From the NCBI GenBank assembly GCA_003233615.1, contig QIMB01000477.1, positions 1 to 39,803 of the forward strand: 39,803 nt of DNA, written 5' to 3'. Shown here one piece after another: positions 27,266 to 36,340 of the stretch (position 1 is its first letter; each line of letters begins with the position of its first letter). The notes under the pieces are model-generated. The model was not told the origin of the DNA and ran no database searches. It saw only the letters and a program-made list of their open reading frames with translations. This DNA comes from Nitrospirota bacterium. GTDB lineage: Bacteria; Nitrospirota; Nitrospiria; Nitrospirales; UBA8639. A program made the position numbers and the translations under genes.

Positions 27266-29710
27266 CTACAGGTTCAGACTATCCATTAGTTGTTCTATTC
27301 CAAAACTCAGAAGGAACTCGGAATAGTGATTGGAGAAAATGTCCTTCAGGAAGTCTGCAAAATCAACTTCACCGTCTCCACGTTTGATACTGTAGTTGCG
27401 ACTCTTGGCAATGGTAAAAAGGAACAGAACATGAAAATAGACTGAGCTGATGTACTTTTTTTCAGCAAGTTCGACTTGCTCCTCAGATATTTCTCTTATC
27501 CGTCCCTTGTGTGTCTTAAGAACATTGCTGTCCATATTGATGTAGATTGAGACGAGTTTGTCGCCTTCTACAAAAGGATGCATAATTGTTAAGAAGTCCA
27601 TATCCTGACCGGTGTTCTCTTCGAATTTCTCCCAGGTGAGATGACTTTCATGCGGGTTCCTATAAACTAAATGGTATTGCGGCAGACCTAATGCTTCCGG
27701 CCTGATTTCCTCTTTCGTCTTCGTCACTTGCGGGGGTTTCTGTTTATCAACAATCTGCACCCAGAAGGACTCTTCGAATTCTGTGCCTGGACCTCCCAAC
27801 ACGGCCTTGACCTGAATCAGATCGCCGATCTTCGCTTCTTTTGTAGGATTCATTGCAATCCTAATCTGGCCGTTATTTGGACTTGACCTGCTGACATTAA
27901 GAAGATCTGAAAGTTCTTTCGGAGAACCTTGATCTGTGCCACCGGTTGTCGCATTTGGTCTAAAACTAAGGAGTGAAATCTGCAGATCTCCCGGTTCATG
28001 GGTTCTATCGAAGTACTGATCTTCGACGTCCGTGAAAAACTTAACAGTCCGCATTCCTTCAAGGGGAATTTTTGCAGCAGGTTTCTCCTCCGACCCTTCA
28101 CCGGCAAGCTTGAAAAAGCTCGGGAACCGTCGTGGAATGAACGGTTGTTCCTGTTGCTTACGCTTCTCTTTACTCCTTGTTTTCTCTCCATGCCCATTTT
28201 CCTTAGGGATATCTATTTTGAACGTGCTGTGTAGTAGCTTCAATAGCTCACTATTAAGTGGAATGGATTTTGTGAAAGACTTCAGCAGTTCGGCAGTATC
28301 TCCACTCTCCAAGGAGATTGAATCCTTCCGGCTTTTGTAAATGTCACGCAAACGGCTTTTCAAGAGAAGATCTCTCAGGCACAGGCGAAGGTGCCGGGTT
28401 TCTTCACAGTCTTTCAAACGATCGCGGGAAGCCATAAAGAGTTCTTTTCGAAACAGGTACGTCATATGGGTACAATCCACATGTATCAGGAGATGATTCT
28501 TCAGAAGCGGCATTTTGAGGGCTCTTGTAATGAACTCCGAAGTGTAGTGGCCATGGACCTGGCCGTTAAGGGAAAAAAGAACAGACATGTTGTTCTTGAA
28601 GAACTCGCGCCGGATCGTCTCTCTTGTCTCCTTAACAGTCCGTTCATCAACCTTGCTGCGGAAAACATAGCAGGCAACCTTCATCCGGCCGATGGTGGCA
28701 GACTGAAAATCTTCCGAGTGCATTTCTTCCACATATTTTGAGTCGTCGGCTTCTACCCGACGTTTCAGACCGAACAATTCACGGGCAAGGTTCTTATCTT
28801 TGGGATAACGTTCAGCTTTATCAATGGTGTAAACCGGCAAAGCGGCTTCAAATAAGAACTCGTTAATGCTTTGGTTAAGGTCTCTGGATATTACAGATCT
28901 TGCCCCGCTCGGAAGGTCATAGCTGTACAATTTGATGATAGTCCCGGTGGTGAATTTCCTGCCCTTTAAGCGTAGATCCAGAGAATCAATAGAAAAGTTA
29001 GGAATCTCATCATCGATCTTGAAATATTCATACCACGTCTCTTTTTTCGTTCCTACCTCATGTTCTGTCATCGGATGTTCTCTTATGAGCGTAAAACCAA
29101 AGTTGCCTCTCCCGTCATACCTCCGAGAGCCTATAAGTTGATACCTTTTCTTCCCGCAAAAAACAATGGATCCGGTTCCACCCATGTTGTATTTTCCTTG
29201 AACAAAGGGGATGTCATTTTTGTTACCATGGAGCAAGGAAAGAAATGTTTTCTCGAAATCCTCGGGGTGCTGTCCTTCACCATTGTCATATATGATCAAT
29301 GAGGTTTCCATCCTTGGGCCATCTGCATGAATCTGGATTTCTTCAGCCTGTTTCTGACGGAACGTTGATAAATGCCATGTATCGGACCAACTCCCGCTAT
29401 CCCTGTGGAAAAAACGTCTGGTGGCATCCTCCATGCTCTGCGGAGCCTCTGGTGATTTTGGGTCAATTCCAGCTTCTTCGCATTTTCGCATGAGAATCGC
29501 ATCAATGGAGTTTATGATCTTCTCAATAAGCGCGGCAATTGGGGACGACTGCTGATTCTTAATCACAGCGTAATTGCCTTCATTTCCGCCGAGGGGATGC
29601 CAGTTTGTCGGCACTTCAAAATATTCTTCATATTTTGATAAAACTCCGTTAACTTCTCGCTCAGTCGAGGCGTTGAACAGGGCTTCGAATAGCAATCTCA
29701 TATTACCCAT
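27266..29710 (-). CDS. GHKL/MORC-like ATPase with a long uncharacterised C-terminus
   Basis: GHKL motifs EKIINSIDA, IYDNGEG, QGKYNMGG, TGTII; 814 aa. Confidence 0.75.
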   Translation of the reverse strand: MGNMRLLFEALFNASTEREVNGVLSKYEEYFEVPTNWHPLGGNEGNYAVIKNQQSSPIAALIEKIINSIDAILMRKCEEAGIDPKSPEAPQSMEDATRRFFHRDSGSWSDTWHLSTFRQKQAEEIQIHADGPRMETSLIIYDNGEGQHPEDFEKTFLSLLHGNKNDIPFVQGKYNMGGTGSIVFCGKKRYQLIGSRRYDGRGNFGFTLIREHPMTEHEVGTKKETWYEYFKIDDEIPNFSIDSLDLRLKGRKFTTGTIIKLYSYDLPSGARSVISRDLNQSINEFLFEAALPVYTIDKAERYPKDKNLARELFGLKRRVEADDSKYVEEMHSEDFQSATIGRMKVACYVFRSKVDERTVKETRETIRREFFKNNMSVLFSLNGQVHGHYTSEFITRALKMPLLKNHLLIHVDCTHMTYLFRKELFMASRDRLKDCEETRHLRLCLRDLLLKSRLRDIYKSRKDSISLESGDTAELLKSFTKSIPLNSELLKLLHSTFKIDIPKENGHGEKTRSKEKRKQQEQPFIPRRFPSFFKLAGEGSEEKPAAKIPLEGMRTVKFFTDVEDQYFDRTHEPGDLQISLLSFRPNATTGGTDQGSPKELSDLLNVSRSSPNNGQIRIAMNPTKEAKIGDLIQVKAVLGGPGTEFEESFWVQIVDKQKPPQVTKTKEEIRPEALGLPQYHLVYRNPHESHLTWEKFEENTGQDMDFLTIMHPFVEGDKLVSIYINMDSNVLKTHKGRIREISEEQVELAEKKYISSVYFHVLFLFTIAKSRNYSIKRGDGEVDFADFLKDIFSNHYSEFLLSFGIEQLMDSLNL

Positions 29711-29862
29711 GGTTTTCTTCCCGACGATAGATCAACCAAGAAAATTATGACAAACTAACTTTCCACTGTTTACGAAATTTCGGTCACTTCTTTATCTCTC
29801 TGAAATACCCGAAGCTAAACTAAGGTGATTTCTATAAGCATAATCCTTTTGGGCGCTTTCGC

Positions 29863-30495
29863 TCATCGCTTTACTTTTTTCCTTCTCACCACAAGGGCTT
29901 CCACCTTCTCTACAAACTCCAGAATGCCTATCTCATTCACTTCAAAATAGGACGCTCCCTTCCTTATCGTATACAGATGATAAAAGCCTGCATAACCAGC
30001 AGCCTTTGCCTTCTCTTTAAGTCTCCCTACAGCTGCGGGCGAGCAACATTCTGAAAAGAGAAAGACATTCTTTATCTTGTATGGTCTTAGAGCTTTACAA
30101 TATTTTTCATCAACACTTCGTGTCAGAGACTTGCAGCTAATAACAGCTAGGGCTTCCGTGCACTTAATGAACTTGAAATCCATTATCGGATGCTTAGCTC
30201 CGGTAGTCCATTTCCGAATCCATCCTGGGTTATGGATAATAACGTCGCATTCAGGGGAACATGACGCACCTGTTTCATCTATAAGATGTCCCCAACTTAC
30301 GTGCAAATCTTTACCCTCCAGAATGTCGCGAATGAGATACGCAATACGTGCAGAGAATCGCAATCCCTTCACAAATTGTAGCACCCGTCCCTTATCTCTT
30401 TTTTTGTCCATCAAGGAAAGTTCAGGATTCGTGCGCCATGTAGCGAGCGTACCGGAAAGCGCACGGAACTCTTCTGTAAGCAAACCTTTCTCCAT
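29863..30495 (-). CDS. PD-(D/E)xK-like putative nuclease (DUF6602-like); likely start MEKGLL at 30495
   Basis: GHLIDETG..SPECDVIIH...AVISCKS resembles the G.I.D...S.QxD.II....A.IEVKS pattern; a start at 30495 avoids the overlap with the upstream gene. Confidence 0.55.
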   Translation of the reverse strand: MEKGLLTEEFRALSGTLATWRTNPELSLMDKKRDKGRVLQFVKGLRFSARIAYLIRDILEGKDLHVSWGHLIDETGASCSPECDVIIHNPGWIRKWTTGAKHPIMDFKFIKCTEALAVISCKSLTRSVDEKYCKALRPYKIKNVFLFSECCSPAAVGRLKEKAKAAGYAGFYHLYTIRKGASYFEVNEIGILEFVEKVEALVVRRKKVKR

Positions 30496-30524
30496 AATTC
30501 CGCGACCCGTCTGTTTCTTTGCCG

Positions 30525-31223
30525 TCACTGAAGTATATCTCCCTGCGCAATCGAAGTTATCACGCCTTTCCTCGTCAAGCCGGCCGTCCGACACAATCGC
30601 GCCAGGTTCTTTTTACCAGAAGCAGTTAATGTTATCTTTCCTATCAAACCATCCACCTCAAGAGAGAACACGTTCTTTTCCCCAAGGGCATCAGAGAAGA
30701 GTTTCTTTAACAGTGCAACATCGCTAGTGTGGCCTCTTATAACAAACTCGGCAACATAGTGCTTGATATTGCGTGTTGTCTTGATGTATTCAATTACCTT
30801 GGATATCGGCATCCGTAAATTCCGTCTGCTAAAATCATGAATCGCTCTCACGTCTGCGGTATCAATCTTGCCTGCCGCCAATTCTCTTGCAACGGACAAC
30901 TGATCAGTACGTGATAACTTGCTCAGATGTACTGCGGCATCCACACTGTCAATCTGTCGGCTAGCGAAGAGCGCCCGAACAGGCTTTGACAATCTGCTGA
31001 CGTATTGAAATTGGCCTAGCATTTTCGCAGAAAGGTCAATCCTGTCTGCAACCCCTTTCAAGCTGCCTATCCTATTCACCGCAACCTTCAGCCACTGCTC
31101 CATTTCGACCAGAGAAAGGTGCCGAGACCCAGTTCGCGTATTGCGGATTAGTGCCGCAAGTGCTTCTTGCACGTCTCGGGGAGATACGGTCTTGTCGTTC
31201 TTCCTTGTCGCTTTCTTTTTCAC
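30525..31223 (-). CDS. ParB/KorB-like HTH protein lacking the N-terminal CTPase domain
   Basis: LSLVE...SLKGVADRIDLSAKML...LSKPVRALF..I...AVHLSKL...Q..VA mirrors the ParB HTH region; GTGA overlap with ParB. Confidence 0.6.
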   Translation of the reverse strand: MKKKATRKNDKTVSPRDVQEALAALIRNTRTGSRHLSLVEMEQWLKVAVNRIGSLKGVADRIDLSAKMLGQFQYVSRLSKPVRALFASRQIDSVDAAVHLSKLSRTDQLSVARELAAGKIDTADVRAIHDFSRRNLRMPISKVIEYIKTTRNIKHYVAEFVIRGHTSDVALLKKLFSDALGEKNVFSLEVDGLIGKITLTASGKKNLARLCRTAGLTRKGVITSIAQGDILQ

Positions 31224-32032
31224 TTAAAGAAACCCTGAGAATCAAGCCATTGCTGCAGAACATCAGTCACAATTTCTTCTGCCTCTTTGGAGAGATTCTT
31301 TACGGCCTTCTCCAGAGCTGTGCGTATTTTCTCAGGCAGGCTGACTATTATGCTTGCCTCGACCCGTGGGCGCATTGCTTCTGTGACGATCTTCTTTGCA
31401 GCTGCACGCTGGTTATTCGTCCCATACTCGACCACTCGCTTCTTCTGGTGTTTGTTTAGCGGATACTGTTCCATCAGATCGAGAAGTTCCTCAGCCTTGC
31501 GCATGTCTCCCATCGCTGCCCTAATCGCGCGTTTCACATCTGCTATGGACACTTTCTTTCTGGCCAGCTTCTTCTTCATCTTCTCCGAGGCTTGTGCCTC
31601 AATAGATATGTAGTCCCTTACCCGCTGAATAGAGAGACCCGTTTCCTGTTGTACCTTGCGCTCATTTTTTCCGTATTTCTTGTACAATACAGTTATTGCT
31701 CGGGCCGTATCTGCATGATTAAGATCAACTCTCTGAAGATTCTCAACCAGAGAACGAAGCATAATCTGCTCGTTCGTGAGGGGGCCTGCAAACACAGATC
31801 GAATCCTTTTCCTGCCCAGCCGTTGGTGGGCCAATAAACGCCTTTGTCCCGCGACCAACTCATACGGCGGATTGTCATGAGTTCCCTTGAGAACGACGGG
31901 CTGCAACAAATCGTGCTTTTTGATGCTAGCCGCCAGTTCGCTGAGATCCTTGTTTGCATTCTCTATCCGAACGTTCTGCTTGCTCACCGTGATATCTTCG
32001 ATAGCTACTTCGTGAATAGCGTCGATAGACAT
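31220..32032 (-). CDS. ParB/RepB/Spo0J-family protein; likely start MSIDAIHEV at 32032
   Basis: NVR, ELAASIKKHDLLQPVV, VAGQRRL (GxRR patch), SLVENLQRVDL; AGGAG RBS before ATG 32032; no parA in the window. Confidence 0.85.
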   Translation of the reverse strand: MSIDAIHEVAIEDITVSKQNVRIENANKDLSELAASIKKHDLLQPVVLKGTHDNPPYELVAGQRRLLAHQRLGRKRIRSVFAGPLTNEQIMLRSLVENLQRVDLNHADTARAITVLYKKYGKNERKVQQETGLSIQRVRDYISIEAQASEKMKKKLARKKVSIADVKRAIRAAMGDMRKAEELLDLMEQYPLNKHQKKRVVEYGTNNQRAAAKKIVTEAMRPRVEASIIVSLPEKIRTALEKAVKNLSKEAEEIVTDVLQQWLDSQGFFK

Positions 32033-32052
32033 GACTATTCTCCTAATCGTAA

Positions 32053-32859
32053 TCAAAGTTGACAAATCAAGCACGCCGTCGGGCTATCGTCTTCAAGCTC
32101 CATCCCCGCCAGTGTCTCGATCAAACGTCTACTGCCTCGCTGCGCGCGCTGTCTGCGTAACCGTTCCTCGTGCCGACTCCTGATAGCAGCGATGTTTTCC
32201 GGCTTTCGCAGTTCACTCAGTGGCATACCCTGTATCCACGTAAATGGCCGCCCGAGCCCGCCGTCACCTGATTTCTCATAAGCCTGTGCCTTGTCAAAAT
32301 CCTCGGGGTATTTCTCAAGCAAGCGTACCCATTCGATCTTTTTCTGGAAAAAGCAGAAATAGCATCCTGAATGGGTCCGTCCCCATTCAAGGTATGGCGG
32401 TAAGCCAATGCCGCTGTCCCTTAAAATCTTCATGACTCCGGCGTACTCGATACCGTCTTCTTTGAACGGATACACGGTGGTAATGTTATTCTTGTGACTG
32501 ATGTATCCGGTTCTGTCTTCATCCGCACGGATGCCAATGTAACTGACAACCGGATCATCACCTATTTCCATTTCAAATGGTCGCAGCTTCAGCATCTTTG
32601 TACACCATCGCATGTTTGCTGCCGGCAAATACCCACCGTATACCTTCAGCCAATGGTCAAATGTGGCTTTGGAATTCAGCCGTTTGATCTTTTTGCCAAG
32701 GTAGCTTTCGATCTGGTCAAGATAGGCATACGTTTCCCTAAGCTCCTCTCCGGTGTCACAGAAAATGTATTCCATATCCGGCACCTTGTCCCGCATGTGG
32801 AGGGCTAAAGCAGTGCTGTCCTTGCCTCCTGACAGGCTTAGTATGTGACGTGTTTTCAC
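32053..32859 (-). CDS. sspD: PAPS-reductase-family PP-loop protein, SspD-like; likely GTG start at 32859
   Basis: SLSGGKDS, FCDTGEEL, RWCTKMLK, GIRADE, SGCYFCFFQ, terminal CLIC; third gene after DUF4007 and the ATPase. Confidence 0.8.
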   Translation of the reverse strand: MKTRHILSLSGGKDSTALALHMRDKVPDMEYIFCDTGEELRETYAYLDQIESYLGKKIKRLNSKATFDHWLKVYGGYLPAANMRWCTKMLKLRPFEMEIGDDPVVSYIGIRADEDRTGYISHKNNITTVYPFKEDGIEYAGVMKILRDSGIGLPPYLEWGRTHSGCYFCFFQKKIEWVRLLEKYPEDFDKAQAYEKSGDGGLGRPFTWIQGMPLSELRKPENIAAIRSRHEERLRRQRAQRGSRRLIETLAGMELEDDSPTACLICQL

Positions 32860-32869
32860 GATACTCTCT

Positions 32870-35800
32870 CTATTCCTTCTCGTTGAGGGCAGACCAGACG
32901 GCCCTTGACACAGCGGCAAGACCAAGACGGCCATCCCGCGCAAGAATCTTGCTCACTTCTTTCTGAAGCTGCCGTAACCTCTCGCTCTCGGAAGGATCGA
33001 CATATACCACTTCTTGTTTCTCATGCCCATCTGAGCGCGTCACTGCGAGCCGGATGCCGGTTCGCTTACCCGAACCGCCACGCTTACCAAAGACTGCACT
33101 CTCAACTCTCTTGAACCGTTCCGTCAGTTCAAGCAACCGACGTGAGAACAGATCCTCATCGGCGTCTTCCCAGCGCGATGGAGGTTTCGCGGTCACATAG
33201 CTCCCAACAGATTCTATCCATTCCGAGTCCGGCAGGCCGTCGTCAAGAAGCCGTAACGAGAATGCCTTGAGCCTGGACTCAGTTACACCAAGAAGGATTT
33301 CCTCAGCTCTCTTTGCAACATGGCTGCGAACATGGTTTGACACATCCCGGGGCAAGTCGAACGCAGCCTTGATCTCCTTGAACAGTCTGTCCTTGAGTTG
33401 TGGGTATGCCATCCTCAACTCATTCAATGCCTTACTCAGATCCCGCGCACACGCAATTGCCTTTGCGCTTTCCCTGCCGGCAACACGACCATTACTATTG
33501 AACGGATTATGCCCGCAAGCCTTCGGCAATTCTTCGAAGAGGAGCCGAGCCGGGTCTCTAGCCTGAAGGATGGACTCTCTGACCTTGAGCGTCCTGGCCG
33601 ACAACTTCTTTGTGTGGTGGACATACTCTGGCAACTCGGCAACGAAAACGCATAGGGGCCTGACAACGTCTAGCAAGTATGACTCTGCTTCATTGGACGA
33701 GTCCAGATTTAGCACCTTCACGAACTGTTTGAGCAGATCGGCCCTCACGCCCTCGATGCTACAATACTGAACCTCAAATGTATCAGGAGCCTTGGTCAAG
33801 CGGAGCAGAGCCTCTCTGCCCAGGTTACTCAGAAATGTTCCCTCTTCGTAGAAGGCAATCTCGTGACCATGTATCTTGGCGAAGATCGTCAGAAGAATGG
33901 GCAGTATGCCGTTGCGAATGCCGTAAGGAGGACACTGTAATTCAGCGAACAGGGCGGCAACTGAGACTTTACTGTCCGGTTGCTTCTTGAGGATAGCTTC
34001 GATCCGCTGCAGTGATGGCAGCACTTTGCATGTATCTTTGCTCTTCGTTGGCACGCTAATCTTCCAGGAACCTTCCGATTCAACGTGGATGCCGCCGGCC
34101 TTGAGAATCGAAAGATAAATTGACATCTCGGGCGGTTTCCTCTCAGGGTCCATGCCAAGGAAAGGAGCATCTGAGTTTGTGATGAGTCTTTCAAGCAGGC
34201 GCATACGGGCTCCGGCGGCGGCGGAACTTAGGAAACGACGATTGACCAGCTCGTTCTTGATCTTTGGGGCCTTGCTGTAGATTTCATCGCAAATATCGGA
34301 TAAATTGCTGAGAAGTTTCTTGCCTGAACGTATGCTCAGTTTCTTGCCCTGCCGAAACCACTCAAGAGACATCTGATCAGAGAATTGGCGAAGGCCCAGG
34401 AAACCATTGATCTTCTTTTCAAGAAGCATTCGTGATGCCTCCCTCTGCCGCGACACCTCTTCGGCAGCGAATCGGTCAGTGCTTAGCTCTGGCGTGTTTG
34501 ACGCAATCCATTCCCAGCGTTGCGCTTCTTGAACAGGACCGTGTAATGCTGTAAGCGGGGGCGACACGGCGATAAGAATTTCCGGACGTTGCTCAAATCT
34601 TTTCTGCATAGCGGTTGTTCTTGCCTTCTTCTGGTCCTCCTTCGTCTCACAAAGACAGACGGCAACAATACCATCACAGGAACCATAATCAGGGTCCTTG
34701 AGTTCCTGCAGCGCCGCCGGCGAACAGTACACAACATCAAAATGCCGAAGATTTCCTGTCTGAATATAGTGCCGCCTAGCCACAATCGGCTGAGGATCGA
34801 CGTATTTCTCAACCATGCTTGTGACACTCTTCAATGGCCCAAGTGACTTTGAAGCTTCCTCATACACGTGATCAAGATCAACACTGGAATGCGGCCACAA
34901 GCAGAAGCCGCCGGCAGCGCCTCGATGGTACAAGATACGCTTATCCTTTTGCAGCGTGGAAAGAACCGTCCAAATCTGTTTTCTTTCAGAGGTCGTGTTT
35001 GATCTACCTACTGCCAAAGCTATGGTTTCCTTCGTTGCCAGGAGGTCGCTATCATTAAGAAGATTGAGAAGGCCCACTGTCTTCACTACCTTGAGTTCAG
35101 TGCCGTTTCTGGCCGCAAAACTCTCAATCATGGAATCTATCTGATTCCAATGACTGCGATAGCTTTGCGCTCTCAACCGGTGTCCGAAGTGAAACCTGAC
35201 GTAGTCGTAGAGATGGTGTAACTGGTAAAGCTCCCCAGTGCCTATCGTGCTCTCCGCGGCAAATGCCTGGAGGCCAAAAGGCTCGTTTGAGAGGAGAAAG
35301 CTGAAAAGCGATCTCTCATTCTGACCACAACGACGAAATATCCTGACGAGGACAGGGAGAACGGTCGGGGCAATAGGATATATCTTGGGAGCATTCTGCA
35401 GTAGGATCTGTTTTGCAGGCGCAGCGCCGAACCACCCTACGTCCAGCGCAGATTTCATACAGTCAACTGCATATGACGACTGCCTCTTCGGAAGCAGCTC
35501 CGTTTGAAGGCTCAGGGCTGAAGATATGAGTACCGCAACTTGTTCAATGGGTTGGTTGAAGATAATCTCTTCGAACCGGGATGCCACTTTTTCCCATTCA
35601 CGTTGTCCTGTCAGCGAAAGCTGGTCTGCGTATGCGCTAAATCCCTGGTGCAGTAAACCCAAAACGAAAATTGGTTTTGCACCGCTTCGCGACGCAATCT
35701 CGGCCACTCTCTGCAGCAGATACACATCCTGTTGCTCCGGGTTGAAGGCAGCGTATTCGAGGAATTTCCCAAGCTCATCCAGAATCAGGAGTAGCCCGTT

Positions 35801-36340
35801 CCGTTTTTTATCCCTTGTGAGCCAATTGCTTACCTCAATTAACTTCTCGATGACCAGATCGTCTGTTGGACGATTTCCTGACTCAAGAATGTGGTCGAGT
35901 TGGTGGAAGAGACGTGACTTTTTGCCTCTTCCATTGACCCCCCGCATTGTTTCGAAAAGGCCGCGTAGAATGGCCTGGCCGAGAGGTATGCGAGAGCCGG
36001 TCACCAACACCGGGACGAATGTCAGTCTTCCGAGCGTCCGACATGAGGCCGTACGTTGTCTGATTGGAACAGGTAACGCCTGTGTGTGTCCTGCAAACCA
36101 ATGCGCGAGGAATAATGCAAAACTCGATTTTCCGGACCCGTAGTCTCCGGTGATTCGCCAAGCCCTTTGTCCCGAATTGCTGGCCAGGCCCTGCGCAATT
36201 CGCTCAAGACACGAGTGTGTGTGGTCGCTTAGGATATATCCCTGCAGTGCACACGGGTCTTTGAAGTCTCTTTCAAGATGAACGGACCGTAAGAATCTGC
36301 CGCTTACATTGAATAATGTTGATATGGTTCGTTCAGCCAC
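32870..36340 (-). CDS. sspC: Large P-loop ATPase, SspC/BrxC-like
   Basis: RFLRSVHLERD, GDYGSGKSS (Walker A), LILDELGKFLE (Walker B), QNERSLFSFL, PPYGI. Confidence 0.8.
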   Translation of the reverse strand: MAERTISTLFNVSGRFLRSVHLERDFKDPCALQGYILSDHTHSCLERIAQGLASNSGQRAWRITGDYGSGKSSFALFLAHWFAGHTQALPVPIRQRTASCRTLGRLTFVPVLVTGSRIPLGQAILRGLFETMRGVNGRGKKSRLFHQLDHILESGNRPTDDLVIEKLIEVSNWLTRDKKRNGLLLILDELGKFLEYAAFNPEQQDVYLLQRVAEIASRSGAKPIFVLGLLHQGFSAYADQLSLTGQREWEKVASRFEEIIFNQPIEQVAVLISSALSLQTELLPKRQSSYAVDCMKSALDVGWFGAAPAKQILLQNAPKIYPIAPTVLPVLVRIFRRCGQNERSLFSFLLSNEPFGLQAFAAESTIGTGELYQLHHLYDYVRFHFGHRLRAQSYRSHWNQIDSMIESFAARNGTELKVVKTVGLLNLLNDSDLLATKETIALAVGRSNTTSERKQIWTVLSTLQKDKRILYHRGAAGGFCLWPHSSVDLDHVYEEASKSLGPLKSVTSMVEKYVDPQPIVARRHYIQTGNLRHFDVVYCSPAALQELKDPDYGSCDGIVAVCLCETKEDQKKARTTAMQKRFEQRPEILIAVSPPLTALHGPVQEAQRWEWIASNTPELSTDRFAAEEVSRQREASRMLLEKKINGFLGLRQFSDQMSLEWFRQGKKLSIRSGKKLLSNLSDICDEIYSKAPKIKNELVNRRFLSSAAAGARMRLLERLITNSDAPFLGMDPERKPPEMSIYLSILKAGGIHVESEGSWKISVPTKSKDTCKVLPSLQRIEAILKKQPDSKVSVAALFAELQCPPYGIRNGILPILLTIFAKIHGHEIAFYEEGTFLSNLGREALLRLTKAPDTFEVQYCSIEGVRADLLKQFVKVLNLDSSNEAESYLLDVVRPLCVFVAELPEYVHHTKKLSARTLKVRESILQARDPARLLFEELPKACGHNPFNSNGRVAGRESAKAIACARDLSKALNELRMAYPQLKDRLFKEIKAAFDLPRDVSNHVRSHVAKRAEEILLGVTESRLKAFSLRLLDDGLPDSEWIESVGSYVTAKPPSRWEDADEDLFSRRLLELTERFKRVESAVFGKRGGSGKRTGIRLAVTRSDGHEKQEVVYVDPSESERLRQLQKEVSKILARDGRLGLAAVSRAVWSALNEKE

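Noticed and set aside
31220-32032. Plasmid or chromosome partition locus
   Set aside because: No parA or rep gene, and no parS-like palindrome noticed; the gene is embedded in the defence operon.
32053-32859. cysH for sulfate assimilation with cysC
   Set aside because: Its position after DUF4007 and the ATPase, and its GCYFCF and terminal CxxC motifs, fit the SspD/DndC type.
30077-36143. Long antisense ORFs (e.g. 30077..30727, 35526..36143) and the many short shadow ORFs elsewhere
   Set aside because: They lie opposite or inside motif-supported genes and show no family signatures.
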